Positions 53,729-64,000 of a DNA stretch of 64,000 nt are shown piece by piece. Below the pieces are notes generated by a model that was not told where the DNA came from, ran no database searches, and saw only the letters and a program-made list of their open reading frames with translations. The DNA comes from Pseudomonadota bacterium (GTDB taxonomy: Bacteria; Pseudomonadota; Alphaproteobacteria; Caulobacterales; Hyphomonadaceae). The translations under genes were made by a program, and so were the position numbers. The stretch lies in the NCBI GenBank assembly GCA_038527765.1, contig JBCBFK010000004.1, forward strand, positions 192,970 through 256,969, in the 5' to 3' direction. Each line of letters opens with the position of its first letter. Position 1 is the stretch's first letter.

Positions 53729-53874
53729 TGTGCATTCGCGTTTCAAGCGAAAGCTGATGAATTCATTGGGCAAGTCTGCGAGAATTCGGTTCAGTAATTG
53801 CATTACGGGCGTCTAGGGTCAGTAAGGCATTGATTTTCGTCTACGTTTACGAGACCAGAGATTACCGAGTATAG

Positions 53875-57027
<3,153 letters not shown>

Positions 57028-58467
57028 TCACTTGGTGCGGACAGGTTCAAACTCGTAAACCGAAATGCCACGTGCGTGGGCGTCAAATTTTAGCTTTCGG
57101 TTGAGCGGGGCGTGAGCACGCGACTCGCAATTCTGACGGTCACAGAGGTAACAGTTCACGCCAATGGGGGTGGGGTCTTGCGTCTCGAGATCCAGTTTGT
57201 CGAAATAGACGAGGCTCTCAGCATAGGCCTTATCGCAGCCAAGTCCGATGGCCATGCGGGCTGGCGGATGACCGTAATGCCCACGCGACCGGGTGATCGA
57301 TTTCGAGATCGACACATAGGTCGTATCGTCGGGCATTTGGATCAGCTGGGTCAACGTTTCCCCAGGTTGTTCAAACGTGCGGTGGATGTTCCATCTCGGA
57401 CAGGCCCCTCCGAATTTTGAGAAGTGGAACCGCCCAGCGCTGAAGCGTTTCGAAACATTGCCCGCAGCATCCACGCGTAAGAAAAAGAACGGGATTCCCC
57501 GCGCATCCGGTTTCTGGAGGGTCGTCAGCCGGTGGGCTGTTTGCTCAAAGCTGGTGCCAAAACGGTGGCTGAGCAAATCGACGTCATATCGGGTGTCTTC
57601 GCACGCTTTCAGGAAGGCCTCGTAAGGCATTAAAAGGGCCGCCGCGAAGTAGTTAGTCAGCGACACACGGGCGAGGCCAATCGTGGTTTCGTCCTTGATT
57701 CCGGACTCGACAATGATGCGATCGATGAGGTCACGATACTCCAGCAATCCAAGCTGGAACGCCAATTGAAACTGTCGCCCGGTTGGGTGCAGGAGCTCGG
57801 AAATATCAATGCCTGAGCGGTGCCGATCGAAATAGGTGAAAGAGGAGGGCATGGCTGAGCTCGGAAGGACCCGGATCCGTAACTTGTGCTGGTCCTCTAG
57901 CCTGTCCTGGATCGCGGTATCAATTTGTTTGCTACCGAACACCAGTGTTTTCCTGAACTGAGACGCCGCATTGTCCAATTCTGGGAAAAAATTGTTTTGT
58001 TCGTGGACAAATTGGCGGATCGTTTCGACCGGTCTGGCGGACTCTTCGAGGATTTCGACCTTTTCACGGTCGGCCAGGTGATTGGCGTCGGAATAGGTGC
58101 TCAAGGCCAATTCCCGGTATCTTTCATGCAGTCGCAAGAAGGCTTTCACTGCTTCTGGGCTCGCGCCGACCAGATCTTCCACCTCCGATTTAGAGACCTG
58201 AACGTCGCCAAAAACCGGGTGGCGGAGCGCGCTGACCACTTCATTTACGAGCGACGCATCGACGTTTTGCGCCAGTTCTGCGACGTTGATATCGAACTCT
58301 TCGGCCAGTTTGAGCAGCACGGTCGCACTTACAGGGCGCTGATTTCGTTCGATTAAATTTACGTATGTCGCAGATACGTCCAACCGTCGAGCGAACTCAG
58401 CCTGAGTCAGGCCCAGCATGGTGCGCAAGCGTTTGATACGCGGTCCGATGATCAGTTTCTTCTTCAT
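57028..58467 (-). CDS. ScfR/RamB/PrpR-type XRE-family transcriptional regulator (HTH + DUF955-like + C-terminal Cys cluster)
   Basis: 479 aa with an N-terminal HTH_XRE (LGLTQAEFARRLDVSATYVNLIERNQR) and C-terminal cysteines (ACPRW, NCYLCDRQNC). It is divergent from aceB-aceA, as in other glyoxylate-shunt regulons. Confidence 0.82.
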   Translation of the reverse strand: MKKKLIIGPRIKRLRTMLGLTQAEFARRLDVSATYVNLIERNQRPVSATVLLKLAEEFDINVAELAQNVDASLVNEVVSALRHPVFGDVQVSKSEVEDLVGASPEAVKAFLRLHERYRELALSTYSDANHLADREKVEILEESARPVETIRQFVHEQNNFFPELDNAASQFRKTLVFGSKQIDTAIQDRLEDQHKLRIRVLPSSAMPSSFTYFDRHRSGIDISELLHPTGRQFQLAFQLGLLEYRDLIDRIIVESGIKDETTIGLARVSLTNYFAAALLMPYEAFLKACEDTRYDVDLLSHRFGTSFEQTAHRLTTLQKPDARGIPFFFLRVDAAGNVSKRFSAGRFHFSKFGGACPRWNIHRTFEQPGETLTQLIQMPDDTTYVSISKSITRSRGHYGHPPARMAIGLGCDKAYAESLVYFDKLDLETQDPTPIGVNCYLCDRQNCESRAHAPLNRKLKFDAHARGISVYEFEPVRTK

Positions 58468-58475
58468 GCCGTCCT

Positions 58476-58600
58476 ACATAACAAAATTTACAAACATTAC
58501 ATACAAAAATTTACATAACAAACAATAAAACCCTAATTAATACAGTCAGCTATGGACGTGGCACGTGTTTTGTAAATACACGGGGGCCAAACATAACAAA
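58476..58600. promoter_or_regulatory. AT-rich control region with three direct ACATAACAAA repeats plus AAATTTACA / TGTAAAT motifs
   Basis: ACATAACAAA occurs at 58476, 58513 and 58591. AAAATTTACA occurs at 58483 and 58506. An inverted TTTGTAAAT at 58569 sits inside CGTGT...ACACG. All lie between the regulator gene and aceB. Confidence 0.5.
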
Positions 58601-58613
58601 TCAGGAGTCCAAG

Positions 58614-60272
<1,659 letters not shown>

Positions 60273-60313
60273 TTCCACCAAGATAGAAGTAGAATACAGA
60301 CGAGGATAAACTC

Positions 60314-61939
60314 ATGACCCAACGTCCAACATACAAACAGCTGATGGAAGAAACCCTGAAGCGTTATCCATCTGGTACAACATCTTCGGGCATTAGTGTC
60401 GAAGACGTCGTCCAGCTTAAGATCCAAAACACTTACAACACCCACCTCGACGTCGCCAAAGCGATGGCCGGTGTGATGCGCGAAGACATGGCGGCTTATG
60501 ACGCTGACTCGTCTAAGTTCACTCAGTCGCTCGGCTGCTGGTCTGGCTTCCATGCGCACCAGAAAATCAAAGCGGTGAAGCGCATGCGCGGCACGGCCAA
60601 AGGCACCTATATCTACCTGTCAGGTTGGATGGTTGCCGGCCTGCGCAACAGCTTTGGCCACTTGCCAGATCAGTCCATGCACGAAAAGACCGCTGTGACC
60701 GATCTTATCAAAGAGATCTACACGTCTCTGCGTCAGGCGGACGAAGTTGCGCTGAACGACCTTTTCCAAGAGCTAAATGCGGCGAAGGAGTCTGGTGCAG
60801 ACCAAGCTGCCCTCGACGAGATCATCTATCGCATCGACACGTTCGAAAGCCACGTCGTGCCGATCATCGCCGACATCGACGCGGGCTTCGGCAACGAGCA
60901 CGCGACTTACCTGCTCGCTAAAGAATTGATCCTGGCCGGCGCCTGCTGCTTGCAGATTGAAAATCAAGTGTCTGACGCGAAACAGTGCGGCCACCAGGAC
61001 GGTAAAGTGACGGTCCCGCGCGAAGACTTCATCACCAAGCTGCGCGCCTGCCGCATGGCGTTTGAAGAGCTTGGCGTTGATGATGGTGTCATCGTTGCAC
61101 GCACCGACAGCCTCGGCGCTGGCCTGACCCAGAAAATCCCGGTCTCAAACGAGCCTGGTGATCTGGCGGCGGAATACATCAAGTGGATCGAGACCGAAGA
61201 GGTCACCGATGCCAACCCACTGCAAGAGGGTGAAGTCGCTCTTATGCGGGATGGCAAAGTGGTTCGTCCGATCCGGATGCCGAACGGTCTGTATAAGTTC
61301 CAGGACAACACCGGCCGTGAGCGCGTAATCGAAGATTGCATTAGCTCTCTGGCTCAAGGCGGCGCGGATCTTCTGTGGATTGAAACCGCAACGCCGAACG
61401 TGGACGAGATTGCCTCCATGGTGAACGCGATCAAAGAAGTCGTTCCGAATGCGAAGCTCGCCTACAATAACTCGCCAAGCTTCAACTGGACGCTCAACCT
61501 GCGCAAGCAAGTTCGCGAAGAGTGGATTGCCGCGGGCAAGATTGCGGAAGGCGACTATCCAGCCGACACCGCCCTGATGTCTGCAAAGCTCGATGAAACA
61601 GAGCTTGGCCTCGAAGCGGATGCGCGTCTGCAAAGCTTCCAGACCGACATCTCAGCTCGCGCCGGTGTGTTCCATAACCTGATCACCCTACCAACCTTCC
61701 ACCTCACCGCTAAAGGCATGGACGAGCTGTCCAATGGCTATTTCGGCGACGAGAAAATGCTGGCTTACGTCAAAAACGTACAGCGCGAAGAGATCCGCCG
61801 CGGCGTCTCTGCTGTGAAGCACCAGCATGAAGTGGGCTCTGACCTTGGCGATACGTTCAAGGAAATGGTGGGCGGTGACCGCGCGCTGAAAGCCGGCGGT
61901 GCACACAACACCATGAACCAGTTCGAAGCGGTCGACTAA
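60314..61939 (+). CDS. aceA: Isocitrate lyase (long form)
   Basis: 541 aa with the ICL signature K-x-CGH (KQCGHQDGK), the DIDAGFGN Mg site and the WIETATPN block. Confidence 0.94.
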   Translation: MTQRPTYKQLMEETLKRYPSGTTSSGISVEDVVQLKIQNTYNTHLDVAKAMAGVMREDMAAYDADSSKFTQSLGCWSGFHAHQKIKAVKRMRGTAKGTYIYLSGWMVAGLRNSFGHLPDQSMHEKTAVTDLIKEIYTSLRQADEVALNDLFQELNAAKESGADQAALDEIIYRIDTFESHVVPIIADIDAGFGNEHATYLLAKELILAGACCLQIENQVSDAKQCGHQDGKVTVPREDFITKLRACRMAFEELGVDDGVIVARTDSLGAGLTQKIPVSNEPGDLAAEYIKWIETEEVTDANPLQEGEVALMRDGKVVRPIRMPNGLYKFQDNTGRERVIEDCISSLAQGGADLLWIETATPNVDEIASMVNAIKEVVPNAKLAYNNSPSFNWTLNLRKQVREEWIAAGKIAEGDYPADTALMSAKLDETELGLEADARLQSFQTDISARAGVFHNLITLPTFHLTAKGMDELSNGYFGDEKMLAYVKNVQREEIRRGVSAVKHQHEVGSDLGDTFKEMVGGDRALKAGGAHNTMNQFEAVD

Positions 61940-61957
61940 GACTTTCGAAATGGCATC

Positions 61958-61997
61958 AAAAAAGCGCGCCGGTCAGCTGATCGGCGCGCTTTCTTTT
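61958..61997. terminator. Bidirectional rho-independent terminator between aceA and the convergent hypothetical gene
   Basis: A 10-bp perfect GC-rich stem AAGCGCGCCG/CGGCGCGCTT is flanked by an A-tract upstream and TCTTTT downstream, so it gives a U-tract on either strand. Confidence 0.7.
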
Positions 61998-62022
61998 CCC
62001 CCGAGGTCGCCCCGCCTCAAGT

Positions 62023-62535
62023 TTAATCGATTGCGTTCATCGCTTCCGCAACGCGTTGCCAGTCTTCACTCGAAACATCATCTAGCACGCTCTGCCGATA
62101 CACTCGAACGCCTGCTTCTTGCTCGCGCATCGTTTGTTTCAGTCGCGCGTAAAAATCGGTCGATCGGACGTGATAGGGAAAGAAAGACGAGTATTGTCTT
62201 CGCGCATTTTTGTTCCCGCGCAGGATGATCCGCATCATCGCGTCGGATGCCGCCCGGTCTTCCTCTGTTTCGCGATTGGACAAGATCGATTGCACCTTGC
62301 GTTCCATGATGAAACGTTCTGCCCGTCGATCATAAGCGGTCTGCCGATTTTGCCCGCCCGCAATGACTTTCGGCATACGTGCTTCGTCCGTCGCGTCGCG
62401 TTCAATTGTGCTGTAGGTCTTTGATTTGCCGCCGCCATACACCGTCACGTCTCGGGCGAGAGCCGGGGCAGCGAGCAGCGCGGCCGTTCCAATAAAAGCG
62501 AATAAACGTGGGCCTGTAACGCAGAGTTGGCGCAT
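62023..62535 (-). CDS. Hypothetical secreted protein
   Basis: 170 aa with a signal peptide (FAFIGTAALLAAPALA). The mature part is charged and probably helical. No motif recognised. Confidence 0.5.
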   Translation of the reverse strand: MRQLCVTGPRLFAFIGTAALLAAPALARDVTVYGGGKSKTYSTIERDATDEARMPKVIAGGQNRQTAYDRRAERFIMERKVQSILSNRETEEDRAASDAMMRIILRGNKNARRQYSSFFPYHVRSTDFYARLKQTMREQEAGVRVYRQSVLDDVSSEDWQRVAEAMNAID

Positions 62536-62701
62536 GAATTCTTCGAGCTCCTCTAAAGCCGTTCTGGCTTTGGTTACGATGAGTTTGGCAATTTATTTCG
62601 AATTTGCAACAAATTCCTATAGTTAATGCGGTTATTCCCTATTTGCGCGAGTTGGCTAAAGTGCTGAGTTGAGAGGCTGAGTTGGCGAGGATGGACCACG
62701 C

Positions 62702-63901
62702 ATGCCCAAGGCGATCATTGTTGGAGGTGGGATTGGCGGGCTGACTGCCGCACTCGCGTTTCATGCCTTCGGTTGGAAAGTCGATGTGCTGGAACGCGCC
62801 TCCGAGCTTAGTGAAATCGGCGCTGGAATTCAGGTTAGTCCGAACGGAATGAAAGTGTTTCGCGCCCTTGGGATTGAGGACCGCGTTTCGCGCCAGGCGT
62901 TTCAGCCCGAAGCGCTCGAAATGCGGTTTGGAAAGTCTGGAAACAGGATTTTTCAGATCCCGGCACGCGAGGCGATTATCGAGCGGTGGGGAGCCCCCTA
63001 TCTACACCTTCATCGTGCCGATTTGGTGGCGGCACTCGCAGAGCTCTTGCATCAAAGACAACCAAATGCGGTGCATCTTGGAGCTGAGTGTGAAGGGTAC
63101 CAAAACACAGATCTTGGGGTCGGAGTCACGCTGAAGTCCGGTGAGACTATTGAGGGAGATTTGCTGGTCGGCGCAGACGGCATTCATTCGGTAATCAGGA
63201 CCCAGATGCTCGGATCAGATCGCCCCGACTTTACCGGAAACATGGCCTGGCGGGCTGTGGTGCCGATGGAACGCCTGGGCACCCTGGCGCCGCCACCGAC
63301 CGCGTGCATCTGGGTCGGCGAACGACGTCACGCTGTGACCTATCGGTTGCGCGGGGGGGCGCTCGCCAACTTTGTCGGCATCGTTGAGAGTGATGTCTGG
63401 ACGTCCGAGTCCTGGACCGAGCAGGGGACAAAAGCTGAAGCGCTATCCGATTTTGCAGGATGGCATCCGATCATTACGAATTTGATTGAGACCGCCGACA
63501 CGCATTTCAGGTGGGCCTTGTTTGATCGCCAGCCGCTTGAGCGGTGGGTCGACGGGCGGGCGGTCTTGCTCGGCGATGCGTGCCATCCGACTTTGCCCTT
63601 TCAAGCTCAAGGCGCCGTCATGGCGATTGAGGATGCATACCTGTTGGCCAAGCTGAGTTCGGATATGTCAGACGATTTAGACAGCGCGCTTAAAACCTAT
63701 TTCGAGACCAGGCTACCGCGGACGTCTCAGGTCCAAGCTGCGTCACGCCGCAACGCGGACCTGTTTCACAAGCATACACCGCTCAGCCGAGCGATCACGT
63801 ATGGCCCGATGTGGCTTGCCGGGAAAATCGCACCCGGGATCATCCGCTCCCAGCAGGATCCGTTCTATGCCTATGATGTGCGCGAGGAGCCGCTGCGATA
63901 G
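62702..63901 (+). CDS. FAD-dependent aromatic-ring monooxygenase (salicylate / 3-hydroxybenzoate hydroxylase-like)
   Basis: 399 aa with GGGIGGLTAA, DGIHS and GDACHPTLPFQAQGAVMAIEDA motifs of the PHBH fold. Confidence 0.88.
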   Translation: MPKAIIVGGGIGGLTAALAFHAFGWKVDVLERASELSEIGAGIQVSPNGMKVFRALGIEDRVSRQAFQPEALEMRFGKSGNRIFQIPAREAIIERWGAPYLHLHRADLVAALAELLHQRQPNAVHLGAECEGYQNTDLGVGVTLKSGETIEGDLLVGADGIHSVIRTQMLGSDRPDFTGNMAWRAVVPMERLGTLAPPPTACIWVGERRHAVTYRLRGGALANFVGIVESDVWTSESWTEQGTKAEALSDFAGWHPIITNLIETADTHFRWALFDRQPLERWVDGRAVLLGDACHPTLPFQAQGAVMAIEDAYLLAKLSSDMSDDLDSALKTYFETRLPRTSQVQAASRRNADLFHKHTPLSRAITYGPMWLAGKIAPGIIRSQQDPFYAYDVREEPLR

Positions 63902-63904
63902 GTG

Positions 63905-64000
63905 TTAGGCCTTGCCGCCGGTCATGTGCAAATGCGCCGGATCAATGCCGAGCATGCCCAGAGTCTGTTCCCATTTCTTTGAGTGCGCCGACCCAAAAAT
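63905..64000 (-). CDS. 3' end of an unidentified gene (continues beyond the right edge)
   Basis: The minus strand has an open frame of 31 codons (IFGSAHSKKWEQTLGMLGIDPAHLHMTGGKA) ending at TAA (63905-63907). It is too short to assign. Confidence 0.3.
   Translation of the reverse strand: MFGSAHSKKWEQTLGMLGIDPAHLHMTGGKA

Overview
This is a 64-kb chromosomal segment from a moderately GC-rich alphaproteobacterium. GC is roughly 55-60% by spot counts of single lines, not computed over the window. The gene content points to a marine Caulobacterales/Hyphomonadaceae-like organism, which is inference only: tRNA-His with G1-U72/A73 and no encoded G-1, DUF2336, DUF3126, AsmA, a lipoprotein alpha-2-macroglobulin coupled to pbpC, and a long-form isocitrate lyase. 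I call about 57 protein genes and 2 tRNAs. I saw no rRNA, CRISPR array, transposase, integrase or phage genes. Most of the window is housekeeping or intermediary metabolism. It includes folD, cysE, infA, maf, parE, an isolated cobB, aceB-aceA with a divergent ScfR/RamB-type regulator, a GH3/GH2 glycosidase pair, several CoA-ester enzymes and flavoproteins, and S9, M1 and M14 peptidases. Six items deserve a second look. (1) A roughly 200-nt structured leader ends in a strong intrinsic terminator 33 nt upstream of the phoH start. (2) An usher-less PapD-like periplasmic chaperone gene overlaps a secreted beta-rich protein gene in a patch of lower GC. (3) Three c-di-GMP effector or pseudo-enzyme genes are scattered through the window: a tandem PilZ protein, a GGDEF protein with AGSEL, and an EAL-like protein lacking catalytic residues next to DUF2336. 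(4) An 83-aa HNH nuclease is translationally coupled to folD. (5) The a2M and pbpC genes are coupled to a kinase-fold gene in one operon. (6) Convergent genes very often overlap or abut at their stop codons. I did not find convincing evidence for a complete, clearly novel multi-gene system, so candidates carry modest interest scores. All gene starts are judged by eye and several are uncertain.
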